From the NCBI GenBank assembly GCA_002104905.1, contig MCFE01000647.1:1-49984 (forward strand): a DNA stretch of 49,984 nt, written 5' to 3'. The stretch comes from Basidiobolus meristosporus CBS 931.73 (taxonomy: Eukaryota; Fungi; Basidiobolomycota). The stretch's first letter is position 1, and each line of letters opens with the position of its first letter. Both the position numbers and the translations under genes were made by a program. Under the pieces are notes generated by a model. That model worked only from the letters and a program-made list of their open reading frames with translations. It was not told where the DNA came from and did no database searches. This document shows positions 37,663 to 48,212 of this stretch, piece after piece.

Positions 37663-38432
37663 GTTGGCTCTCCACGGGGGACACAAATGAATCACTCTAT
37701 ACACGTATGCCAAACTGGAGAAAGTTACTAATAAATCATACATTTGCACATTGTGAATGTCGCTGGTGTGGATGTCAGCGGTGACAGCCATAGATAGAGT
37801 ATAGGCTGGGAACTTCGGGGAATACAAAAACGAGTGCAGGCCTGATGGTAGTACGTTGGCCAGTGATTCCTTGTGATACTAAATCGCCGAGCGCTACGCT
37901 TTTGGACGATAGCTCCAATGGTGTTCCAGCCCACCCGTCCAAAGACCCGTTGGCATTCCTATCTTGGGCTATGGTGCAATCCTGGCCAGGAAGTGGTCAA
38001 ACCTACTTTTGATGGATTAGAATGGGGCCATAGAAAACAATCAACGTGGAGGATTGATGGGCCCTGTCACAGGAACACCATCGAGGGTTCCTACTATGGT
38101 ATGTCTCAGTACTTTGTGGCATCAAGGCTGCCAATTTAGCAGACCGAGTAAACAACTAGTGTGGATTGGAGTTAGCATAGATAACAACCACGAAGAATTC
38201 TAAGCCAATCAGTCATACTGGTGGTGCAGCATACATATGTCAAGGTAACCATTATGCCTCACCCGCCAATCACCCGATACATCGTGGCCTGCATGAAGTG
38301 GTGGATCAAGTGGAAGAGGGAGCTCCACAGTAATTTGTGCCCAAGAGATGATAAAATAGCAAATCTACTTTATATGATATTAAATTATACATGGCTTCGG
38401 GTTGAGGTTTGGGAGGGGGAGAGCATGTGAAA

Positions 38433-39891
38433 TTAGTCCTGTTTCTTATTCAACTTCCTTGCTGCCTTGGAGACTTGGTCCAAACGGTTGACAACCTCCA
38501 TTGTACCATCTACAAATCCGGTGCAATGATAGTCAATACCATATTTCTCACACAGCTTCTGAACGGATGGCTGGACTTTGTGGAAGCTGTGACGAGGTAG
38601 TGCTGGGAAGAGGTGATGCTCGATTTGATAGTTCAAGCCACCAGTGAACCATGTCACAATCCAATTGGGCTTGACATCGCGGCCAGTAATGATTTGCATC
38701 GAGTAGAAGTCCATTTTCTCTGCCTCATCCCCAGTAATCACAGGCATGCCGTTGTGGTTGAGGACGAAGACAAGAGCGAGGAGCAGGCCACAGCCACCTT
38801 GGGAGATGATCAGGTAGAGGGCAATTCGGAGCGGAGTCTTGGCAAAAAGGAAGAGGATGCCAAGATACCAGGTCCAATGAAGGCCAATGGACAACTGTTC
38901 TAGAATCCCTACTGGAACTCGGGCATTTCTGGGGAGTCCCTTCTGGCCATTGGGCAAGATGAAAAGGATACTCTGCAATGCCCAGGACAGCTTGGCAAAA
39001 ATCATGACCGGGAAGATCAAGAACGATTGGTTACCGATCATGAATTTGCCCATGGCAACCGCAAGCTCATCATCAGGGACATCAGCAAAGAACTCCAAAG
39101 CGTGGTTGGACCAAGCGAGAATGGGAACTGTGTCGATGTCAGGATCTTCACCATGAACGTTGGGGGCGGCATGGTGTGTGTTGTGCTTGTTCTTCCACCA
39201 CGCAGGTGAGAACCCTAAGCAAGCGCCACCGATAAAATCGCCCATCATGTCATTGAACGATCTGTTCTGGAAAACTTGGTGATGAAGGAAGTCATGAGCC
39301 AACCATCCACACTGTTGCCAGAACACCGCCATGAGCATGGCTGATCCGATCTGGGCAGCCAGGAGACTTCCATGCTGGACTAACAAGTACATTGACAAGC
39401 CCCACAGAGCAATGGTGGAGCCGACCTTGAAAGAGTAATAAAGCTTGTCAGACTCGAAGTAGCCCAACTTCTCAAACTGTCTTTTGAGCTCACGGATCTC
39501 ACTGATGAACGCGTCTAGACAAACAACAGGTTGAGTCAGAGGAAAAGAGCACGCCTTGCACATGAGGCAATACCTTCATTTTGATCCAGGAATTCTTCAG
39601 GAGCAAGATCGCCCACATAGTAATTAGAAAGGATCTCTTGGGAGGATTCCGGGTGGAAAGAATAGAAGGCGTCGGTGCCGTCTTTTCCAACGTGTGTCAT
39701 GATGACTGCACCACCAGGGTGATCGGGAATAAACTCGCTGATGTCGTATACCTTGTTATCGATAATGGTGTAGAGAGGCCCACCACTCTGAGACCCCTTC
39801 ACTTCGGCGCGAGTAAATGTGCGAAGACCTACAGCAGCGTTAGCAAAGAGCGGAAGAGTCAAAGAGAACAAGAAGTCTAACCTGTAGCCAT
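38433..39891 (-). CDS. Front-end (Delta6) fatty acid desaturase with N-terminal cytochrome b5, 448 aa, 3 exons
   Basis: HPGG heme motif; histidine boxes HDFLH, HNTHH and QIEHH; LRTFTRAEV N-terminus like Mortierella Delta6. Exons 39891-39882, 39828-39574 and 39514-38433. Confidence 0.93.
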
Positions 39892-40722
39892 TTTGGTAGT
39901 CAAGGTCCCAAAATTGTGCCTGGATGAAAGAGGAGTGTGGTGGGAGCAAGGGTTTTATACAATTCCCATAGACATGGTTGACCCATCCAGCAAATGTCCT
40001 CATTAGTGTACAACCTCAACGGCCCAACTCGATCATACATTGGTCCGTTGTATTATCAAGAAACCACCTGCTCTTAATTTAGATTTGTCTGTGAAGTGGA
40101 AAGCTAAAAAAACCGAGATCGACCAATATGGAAGGTCGAACTAAGGTTCCGTACGCTGTTTTAAATTGATCTGGTCTCGGGGGTCTATTTGCAGAGGTAT
40201 CTGATCTTAATGTCTCTGAGAGATAAGGGCCATTGGAGATTGGATGCCTTTTGGGAATGGAGACTTCTTTCAATAGTTAGAATTCGCAGCATGTGAACAA
40301 CACCCTTTTGGACCACCGCTCTCCATCTGGATAAATACTGGTCCACCAGGGCCAATGGAGCAAATCGGCTAGCCTACCACGGTTACTAGATTGGCTGGCC
40401 CGTAGGTTGATGGGGAAGTATTCTTTTGGAATAAAAAATTGCACCCGATCTGGGGCAGAGTGGCAAGCCTGTATGGAAGATAACACCTGGGGACAGGTTG
40501 ATTGCAGATTAGATATGTGGATTGACTGTAGGATTAGTTTATTTGCATTGTGGTTTGAATCATATTGCGAAAGGGTCTGGAATCATGATTGATTCCGACT
40601 GCAAATGTAGGCACTAGAGGGGTTCATCAGAAGGTGTACTTATTAAATTAAGAGCTAAGGATTGGTCGGTGGCTAATATCAACTTCTAGTGTCACTGCAG
40701 GGAAAAATATTGCACTTGGCAC

Positions 40723-41265
40723 TTAAGGATGTGCACAAACCCAACCTCCACAGTAATACCGCATATTCCAAAAACGCCTGAGAATACCTTTCGAAGGCGT
40801 TTTCTCGGTCTTTTTGCCTGGTGTGATGGCATCCCTTCCCACTCTTGGATGCGTTAGAGCCTGCTCTTGCATAGAGTTTTTACTAGGGGTGGGTGCGCAT
40901 GTCCCACCATCGCAGCGTCTGCCCTTGTTCCAAAGCCCTTCGAACATTTCTATGAAATACTGGGCAACTCTGACGGTGTAAGATTCTTTTTGAACAAGGC
41001 TCTCTGGTTCGAGAATAGGTGTGGGCTGTATTTTGTGCCTCCCAGATAATGGGCAAACGACCCCGTGACAGTGTTGCTGCTTGTTCCATAAGAGCTTAAC
41101 TGGTCGGGAATTCGACGCCGTGGTATGTGGATCTGGGTGGATTTGACCTGTGCGGTATGACACCAAATCCGTCGGTTGTTCATAGTAGGGAATGGGAGAT
41201 GAATCCACTTTATACATCAGGCTGAAGACAAAAACTGTTACTGGCACGAACATAACCACTCTCAT
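40723..41265 (-). CDS. Orphan secreted peptide precursor (180 aa) with three WN-x4-C-x-G-x2-C modules
   Basis: ATG at 41265 gives the signal-peptide-like MRVVMFVPVTVFVFSLMYKVDS-SP. Modules lie at 41088-41050, 40932-40891 and 40770-40726, with RR dibasic sites. TATAAGTA lies ~50 bp upstream (41321-41314). Confidence 0.7.
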   Translation of the reverse strand: MRVVMFVPVTVFVFSLMYKVDSSPIPYYEQPTDLVSYRTGQIHPDPHTTASNSRPVKLLWNKQQHCHGVVCPLSGRHKIQPTPILEPESLVQKESYTVRVAQYFIEMFEGLWNKGRRCDGGTCAPTPSKNSMQEQALTHPRVGRDAITPGKKTEKTPSKGILRRFWNMRYYCGGWVCAHP

Positions 41266-42751
41266 TGTTCTTGGTAACCGTTGGCTATGGCTGCCCAACT
41301 TTCCTATATTGTGTACTTATACGGCATTGCAGTGTATTCGGAATCCATTGTTTCAGGTGTATGAATGGCCTTCCGAGAAGTTTTTCAAAGGTGGCTTGGT
41401 GAACAAAGGATAAACTGTTGTAGTAGCAATAGGAGATAAATTCCGTTTAGAATATTCGATTCTTTATTCTGCAAGAGGCAGATTTTACGTGCCAGCATGG
41501 CCCATGTAACAGTTACTATTTAGGCTATCAAAGTGGAATAGAATCAATTGCCAGTCATTTCGACGTAGAAACCAGTTCATATGCATGTGACTGGGGAGTA
41601 AGTAGTTGGGTTATCATCTGAGGATGGGTTCTCAGAATCGGCTTAGTATTTTGTGCCCATGTTTACTAATCGAGTATTCGGCCAAACACCAACTTAATGG
41701 TTTCTAGTCAATGCTGTGACTCTGACTGTACTGAAGGTCCCCTTTTGTCCCCTATACCATAGTGGCACAAAGCTTCAGTGAAATTTCCAGTGCAGTACAC
41801 TGTCTGGACTTGGCTGAGTCCATAAGATCATATCTCAGAAGCCCATACGATCGTTTTCAACACAAAGCATTAATTTGCCTATAGTAGAACCATCTTCGAT
41901 GAGGCACCTCCCTAGAATTAAGGACTGTGTTCACAGTGCCCGGTGCTTCCTGGATAACCCGATTATCTATGAACGGTATTCTCGGAAGCAAAGATACCCA
42001 GCATCCCCCTTCATCTGCCATTTCTGCAGGTGTTGGTGTATATGAAGTTGATAAGGTTTGGTTACAGTCGATATCCGTTTGGTTACTAGCTAATCCATAT
42101 CGGTCGCAACATGCTGGAGAATTCATATGGAATGAGAGTGATGGGAGGTTCACACCCACCATGTTCTCATGGTTGTTGTACCATAGGGGTATACAAATAT
42201 ATGTATATACATGCGCTTGTTTGCCGATCGTTATTTACTCATCAACTTGGTTTACGTTAGGTTTCCGATTTCCTTTTATATCGGGGATATGGGAGACATC
42301 CCTTTGTTACACAACCTTATGTGTATCTGCAGGTGGAAATTGTCCGTCAGTTTGGGAGATAAGCTTCCCCCATCGCAGCCCTAACGGGTAGTGGTAACGG
42401 AACCTGTGAAAAAAGTTGGGTATTCTGTTTAAACTCTGATTAAAGTTTTCGGCGTATGGCCGGAATTCACGTGTCATGATTACTGCACTAGCAACCCCTA
42501 ATCACCCGCCCTCCAGGGCCTTCAGGGACTGCTGTTTTGATTGAAAGCAATAATTGGGCTTCAGGCAAATTCCAGGTAAATTTCGCCAGTGCAGTGTAGT
42601 AGGTGGTGAAAAAAAAAGATTGTAAAAAAGGAATTTTTTTGTTTGCTGGTTTGGTTTGATGGCAGCACTAATTGTTATCAATTTTTGCCAGTTTCTGATT
42701 GAGCTTTAGTCACACATCCAGGTTCTCTGTGGTCTAGGATTCCAAGGTACT

Positions 42752-42940
42752 ATGTCCCGTCAAGCCCATCCCATGCGTATCGAAGTGGTGTCCACCAAAC
42801 CACTTTCCACCCATAGTGCTTCCAAGAGAATGAAGAAGTTTTTGGCCGAGAATACTGCCGTGCATACTCTGCCTAATTCCGTGGTATATCAACTGAACGA
42901 AATCAATCGCTCTATCAAGAAGCCCTCAAAGAAGGACTAG
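42752..42940 (+). CDS. Small basic protein, possibly RNA polymerase I subunit A14-like (62 aa)
   Basis: The pattern P..I....KPLS...A...MKKFL......LP.SVVYQL..I.R resembles the two-helix Rpa14 core; clean ATG-stop ORF in otherwise AT-rich DNA. Confidence 0.5.
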   Translation: MSRQAHPMRIEVVSTKPLSTHSASKRMKKFLAENTAVHTLPNSVVYQLNEINRSIKKPSKKD

Positions 42941-43972
42941 GCTTGATACAGGCTGTTCTGCACGGCTATTCCTAGATTGAACCCCTTCGTCGATTGCCCA
43001 TTACTCTATCTACGAAGAGCGGCTCTGTATAAAGATTTAATAAACTTCTGCCAGAATGATTCTGGTTATTATATTACCTCTCTAACTACCCCTACAACGT
43101 TATCATTTAATTGATGGCAGTAATAGTCGATTCTTGATGTCGGGTTTGAACATCTATAGGATTAACTTGTGTAAAGAACATAGGGTTTATGTCGGCATAC
43201 TAGCAGATCGATTCCCTAGTAAGTTGAAATGGACTTCTACTAATTGACTACCAACCAATCCTAAACCGAGTAAACTCAATGAGTGAGTATGTGTTGTTAG
43301 CAATTGGCAATAAAAAAAGGCGCGATCGTGGTTGATGGTTTCTAATACGTTTGTGCTCGGTCTGCAATAGGTAAAATTGAACGATGTTTGGTGTGCAAGG
43401 GTGAGCAAATTTATATATTTACTCAACTAACGAATGGTGACGGAATAGAGTCGACATGTTACTTGGGTGCTTTTCACAAAATTGAAGTTGCATATCAATT
43501 CAGTGCCCAGAGCATCCTATGATCGCCAGTTACCGTTTCTGGCCCTTTGCAGGTGATAATAATGTCCGCCAAAATGTCTAGCCAGATATTCTATGTCTTG
43601 ACGTGCTTATGACCTAATGTTCCATGTCGGATTGTTTTTTGATGGGTGAGCATTTGGTTGAGTGGCCATCTACTTTTTGCGGTGATGGTGCTCTTGACAT
43701 CCGAGTTGCCTGTTGCTGTAATGCATCGAGCGATTCTCCAATCTGGTGCGCAACATTGTACCTATCTAGTGATTATTTTGCTCGATTTTGTTTTGAAGAG
43801 TGGTCAGTTTATTGGGTATTTTGCGTTAATTTAGGCGAATATGGCGGGAAGTAGGAGAGAGAAAAGGGGAATGTGAGGTAGCGAAGGGTGATATTCCTTC
43901 GATGAAAAATGAAAACTTAATGATCTAGTAAGATGTAATATAGTCGTGATTATTTCTCCGACTTCTATTTCT

Positions 43973-46411
43973 CTAAAATTTGTACGTCCATCCCTCACCG
44001 CTACCTTCATCCTCTCGTGAATCGTTGCCGCCGTATTCCCCACTTGAGCCTCCGCCGTTTCCGCCATAATTACCTCCGGAGCCGCCGCCACTACCACCAT
44101 AGTTGCTAACAGAGCCACTACCGTTACCGCCATATCCACCGGAGCTGCCACCGTTACCACCATAATCACCTCCTGAGCCGCCACCATTGCCCCCATATCC
44201 ACCAGAAGAGCCACCACCATTACCACCATATCCACTAGAGCCACCACCGTTACCGCTATATCCACTGGAGCCACCACCGTTGCCGCCATATCCACCACCG
44301 CTACTATACTTGGTCTCAGAGCCACTACCGTTACCACTGTATCCACCGGAGCCACCACTGTTGCCTCCATATTCACCTGAGCCACCGCTGCTACCACCGT
44401 AACCACCAGAGGAGCCACCACCACTGCCTCCATATCCACCGGAAGAGCCACCACCGCTACCTCCATATCCACCGGAAGAGCCACCACCACTGTTATACTT
44501 CGCCCCAGAGCCACCGCCGTTACCACCATATCCACCGAAGCCACCACCATTACCTCCATATCTACCAGAGCCACCACCGCTACCACCATATCCACTGGAA
44601 CCACCACCATTGCCTCCGTATCCACCAGAAGAGCCGCCACCATTGCCTCCATATCCACCGGAAGAGCCGCTACCACTACCTCCATATCCACCAGAGCCAC
44701 CACCATTGCCTCCATATCCACCAGAAGAGCCACCACCACTACCTCCATATCCACCGGAGCCACCACCATTGCCTCCATATCCACCGGAAGAGCCACCACC
44801 GCTACCTGCATATCCACCGGAAGAGCCACCACCGCTACCTCCATATCCACCAGAGCCACCACCATTGCCTCCATATCCACCAGAGCCACCACCGCTACCT
44901 CCATATCCACCAGAAGAGCCACCACCACTACCTCCATATCCACCAGAAGAGCCACCACCATTGCCTCCATATCCACCAGAAGAGCCACCACCGCTACCTG
45001 CATATCCACCGGAAGAGCCACCACCGCTACCTGCATATCCACCGGAAGAGCCACCGCCGCTACCTCCATATCCACCGGAAGAGCCACCGCCGCTACCTCC
45101 ATATCCACCAGAAGAGCCACCACCATTGCCTCCATATCCACCGGAAGAGCCACCACCGCTACCTGCATATCCACCGGAAGAGCCACCGCCGCTACCTCCA
45201 TATCCACCGGAAGAGCCACCGCCGCTACCTCCATATCCACCAGAAGAGCCACCACCATTGCCTCCATATCCACCAGAAGAGCCACTACCACTGCCTTCAT
45301 ATCCACCGGAACCACCACCATTGCCTCCGTATCCACCAGAAGAGCCACCACCATTGCCTCCATATCCACCAGAAGAGCCACCACCGCTACCTGCATATCC
45401 ACCGGAAGAGCCACCGCCACTACCTCCATATCCACCGGAAGAGCCACCACCGCTACCTCCATATCCACCAGAAGAGCCACCACCATTGCCTCCATATCCA
45501 CCAGAAGAGCCACTACCACTGCCTTCATATCCACCGGAACCACCACCATTGCCTCCGTATCCACCAGAGCTGCCGCCGCTACCTCCATATCTACCGAAAC
45601 CACCGCCGTTACTGCCATAATACCCTCCTGAGCCACCACCACTGCTGTACTTGGTCCCAGAGCCACCGCCATTACCACTATATCCACCAGAGCCACCACC
45701 GTTGCCTCCATACTCTCCTCCTGAGCCACCACTACCACTGTAGCTATTTCCTGAACCACCTCCACCGCCGTATGTGGCGCCAGAGCCTCCCCCATTTCCA
45801 CGATAGTCACCACCAGAGCCATCTCCTTCACCACTGTATTCAGCAGAGCCTCCACCGTTGCCGCCATATTCACTACTGCCACCAGAACCACTGCTTCCAC
45901 CATACTTAGCTCCAGAGCCTCCGCCGTTACCATCACCGTTACCTCCATACCCACTAGAGCCATCACTATTGCCGCCAAATCCACCGGAGCCACCACCATT
46001 ACCACCGTATCCGCCAGAGCCGCCACTGCTTCCTCCATAGTAGCCACCTGAATCATCACTGTTTCTTCCGTATTCATCGCCAGAACCATTATCATTCAAA
46101 TCGTCATCTTCGCCTGAGCCGTTACCACCATAATTAGCACCAGAGCCTGCTCCATTGCCACTGTAGTCCTCTCCGGAGTCGCTGCCGCCATATTTAGCTC
46201 CAGAGCCACTACCATTTCCTCCATGGTCAACACCAGAGCCACTTCCGTTACCACCGTATTCAGTTCCAGATTCACCATTACCAGCGTTATCCACAGCCTT
46301 ATCATCATCAACCCCCGAGTAATCCTCTAGGTTGTAATCACGTCTTATTACAGCCGCATTGGTAATTGCGAGGACAGTCAAAGCAAACAATACGTTGGAT
46401 GTGAATTTCAT
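43973..46411 (-). CDS. Secreted glycine/serine/tyrosine-rich repeat protein (812 aa)
   Basis: Signal peptide MKFTSNVLFALTVLAITNA, a Kex2-like RR, an acidic leader, then GGY(G/A/E)G(S/N)GGGS(S) repeats, ending in GWTYKF with no GPI-type hydrophobic tail. Confidence 0.9.
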   Translation of the reverse strand: MKFTSNVLFALTVLAITNAAVIRRDYNLEDYSGVDDDKAVDNAGNGESGTEYGGNGSGSGVDHGGNGSGSGAKYGGSDSGEDYSGNGAGSGANYGGNGSGEDDDLNDNGSGDEYGRNSDDSGGYYGGSSGGSGGYGGNGGGSGGFGGNSDGSSGYGGNGDGNGGGSGAKYGGSSGSGGSSEYGGNGGGSAEYSGEGDGSGGDYRGNGGGSGATYGGGGGSGNSYSGSGGSGGEYGGNGGGSGGYSGNGGGSGTKYSSGGGSGGYYGSNGGGFGRYGGSGGSSGGYGGNGGGSGGYEGSGSGSSGGYGGNGGGSSGGYGGSGGGSSGGYGGSGGGSSGGYAGSGGGSSGGYGGNGGGSSGGYGGNGGGSGGYEGSGSGSSGGYGGNGGGSSGGYGGSGGGSSGGYGGSGGGSSGGYAGSGGGSSGGYGGNGGGSSGGYGGSGGGSSGGYGGSGGGSSGGYAGSGGGSSGGYAGSGGGSSGGYGGNGGGSSGGYGGSGGGSSGGYGGSGGGSGGYGGNGGGSGGYGGSGGGSSGGYAGSGGGSSGGYGGNGGGSGGYGGSGGGSSGGYGGNGGGSGGYGGSGSGSSGGYGGNGGGSSGGYGGNGGGSSGYGGSGGGSGRYGGNGGGFGGYGGNGGGSGAKYNSGGGSSGGYGGSGGGSSGGYGGSGGGSSGGYGGSSGGSGEYGGNSGGSGGYSGNGSGSETKYSSGGGYGGNGGGSSGYSGNGGGSSGYGGNGGGSSGGYGGNGGGSGGDYGGNGGSSGGYGGNGSGSVSNYGGSGGGSGGNYGGNGGGSSGEYGGNDSREDEGSGEGWTYKF
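44600..45570 (-). repeat. Coding minisatellite: about 30 near-perfect 30/33-bp units
   Basis: + strand units such as CCACCGGAAGAGCCACCACCGCTACCTCCATAT; includes a 228-bp higher-order duplication (matching landmarks at 45281 and 45509). Confidence 0.95.
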
Positions 46412-48054
46412 GTTTCCTACAAAATGAATGCTCTTTTCCTCTCTCATTGTCGTCTTTTATACAATGTGCCTAGAGGATCTCCAGGGGAAAGTTCACGTGG
46501 TAGACGAGAAATGGTTCCTATGCAATCCGGCTCCTTCCCAGATTCTCTGGACAGTCCATTGAATAAGAAATGTGAATCTCCTAAAGTAGCCCACCCAATA
46601 GCAATATCTTGCCAGCAGAGAGATCCGGATGACAGGTATTGAAGGACTCCCGGATTTACATAGATTTGTCTAAATCTGATTGATCTGCTGTAGTACATGC
46701 ATATGATCTCATCAAGCGCCAGGAAGGATTGTGTGTTTAAAATCCCCTAATTTCATCATACAGCACGATGCTTAGCTCAAGCCGGATGCATTGGATTGGC
46801 CAAGTCGAGCCAAGGATCACCCACCTTTTCACACCTCTAGCCAACACTCGTTAGATGAGAGCAGTTTCCTACAATGTTACAACATACATCAGATCTCCAA
46901 CAACGATGTCCAATAGCAGCAGCGCTACACACTTGGTGGAAGTTGAGCATCACCAGCTGGGGAAAGGATACTTCGGCCTGATCAGATCTGAACATTCAAT
47001 ACGCTGATGAGACAGCAGGTGGCCGGGATGAAAGGTTCCAATGGAAATATGCATCTCATACTTCGAGGCTGATCAACAGCAAGCACCATGTCAAAAAGAA
47101 TGTCCGATTCCCCGGGGGTCAGGGTTGCTTTTGCTTACTACGCTTACGCCCTGTCAACCCGTGCTACCTTGGTCTTGAATACAGACGCTCAGGAATCCTC
47201 GTATCATAGCCGCGGCAGGGCTCTGAAGACCAGACGCTCAACAATTTTTGATCAACACTGACCATACTTGCGCTGCTGGGGCGGGCAATTCTATACCTAG
47301 GAATCTCTTCCACACACGCCTAGTTGTTGTGTTGCCATAGATTTCAACCTTATGGAAGGTCCACGTGATTTGGGAAGGTTTTGCCATTCGGTTGGTACCT
47401 AGAGCAGAAGGGAAGTTACGTTTGCTCGCTTGCAGAAATTTGGATCGCTGTTTACTGAGGTGTTGGCATCATGCACCGGCGTTTGGTTAGATACGTATTA
47501 GGGCGGCTTTGTCCTATAGGCTGGAATGTTTGGTGTCACGCTATCCAAAAGATCTGGACGGGCCCGCTTCTCATTCATGTTCGTGCATCCCTTCACCCTG
47601 TAGCAATGCTGCCTATATCGCACAATCAATTAGAATCCCCCACGGGCTTGTTGCTGGAAATTTCGCAGGGGGATGTGCAGACATTGTTGTATCTTCTTGT
47701 GCCGTCTGGAGCCGCCCCTACTTTTTCGGCGATGCCTTGACGAATACACCCCTCTATGAACTTGATCTGATATTTTCTGGCATCTACCTTGTGATCATGG
47801 CCTGTACCAGGTGAACTTTGTATTAATGTGGACATACATGTTTTGAGAACGGTCCTAAAAAGCCAGGTGCTCAAGGTCGCTTTGTAACTTTCAGGGTCAC
47901 TACTATTCCAAAGAACTAGGCAGTATCACACTGCTAATACTTTATATACTGGTGCAATTCCCCAGGTGGTATATCCCAATACACAAATACACTCTTGCCA
48001 GATTTTCTTTTGCTATTGTTGTGGGCTTCAGCACTTCAGTTTCATGTGCGGTGC

Positions 48055-48140
48055 AGAGTTAGGGGATATTAGAATTGAATGGAAGGGTTAGTAGATTGCT
48101 TGAGGGTTCACACGATGGCTTCATGAATATAAAAGCTGTA
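48055..48140 (-). mobile_element. Old, highly diverged fragment of the same LTR family
   Basis: AGAGTTAGGGGATATTAGAATTGAATGGAAGGGTTAGTAGATT...ATGAATATAAAAGCTGTA aligns colinearly (roughly two-thirds identity) with the first ~90 bp of the young LTR. Confidence 0.65.
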
Positions 48141-48171
48141 CTGGTATTCTTGTTGGAATATAGCAAGATAG

Positions 48172-48212
48172 TGTGGTAAGTGCCTTGGAGATAATGGAAG
48201 TGATTAGGAGAA
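48172..48212 (-). mobile_element. 41-bp end of an intermediate-age LTR, interrupted by the young element
   Basis: TGTGGTAAGTGCCTTGGAGATAATGGAAGTGATTAGGAGAA matches 48213-48253 at 36/41 positions. Confidence 0.8.

Noticed and set aside
41035-41065. CHGVVCPLSGR resembles the oxytocin/vasopressin 6-residue ring plus PLG tail
   Set aside because: Only the Cys spacing is shared and the ring residues differ; it is absent from the other two modules. Treated as coincidence, not mimicry.
44600-45570. Regularly spaced ~30-bp repeats suggestive of a CRISPR array
   Set aside because: The units are contiguous with no unique spacers, are in-frame coding, and the context is eukaryotic with no cas genes.
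44187-46040. Extensin-like PPYPPEEPPPL ORFs on the + strand
   Set aside because: Antisense mirror of the GGN codons. The starts are TTG inside the repeat and there is no leader.
43831-46095. 754-aa Val/Ala/Met-rich ORF (VVALLVDMEAM repeats)
   Set aside because: Shifted-frame shadow of the Gly-rich gene. The repeat's codon usage leaves this frame stop-free, and it has no independent signal peptide or terminus logic.
47004-47040. CTGATGA...GAAA resembling a hammerhead ribozyme core
   Set aside because: The intervening sequence cannot form stem II (no G-C closing pair or complementary arms), and no stems I or III are evident.
47440-48040. Stop-interrupted hydrophobic frames that might be a decayed membrane-protein gene
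   Set aside because: No recognisable motif or consistent frame; cannot be supported without a search.
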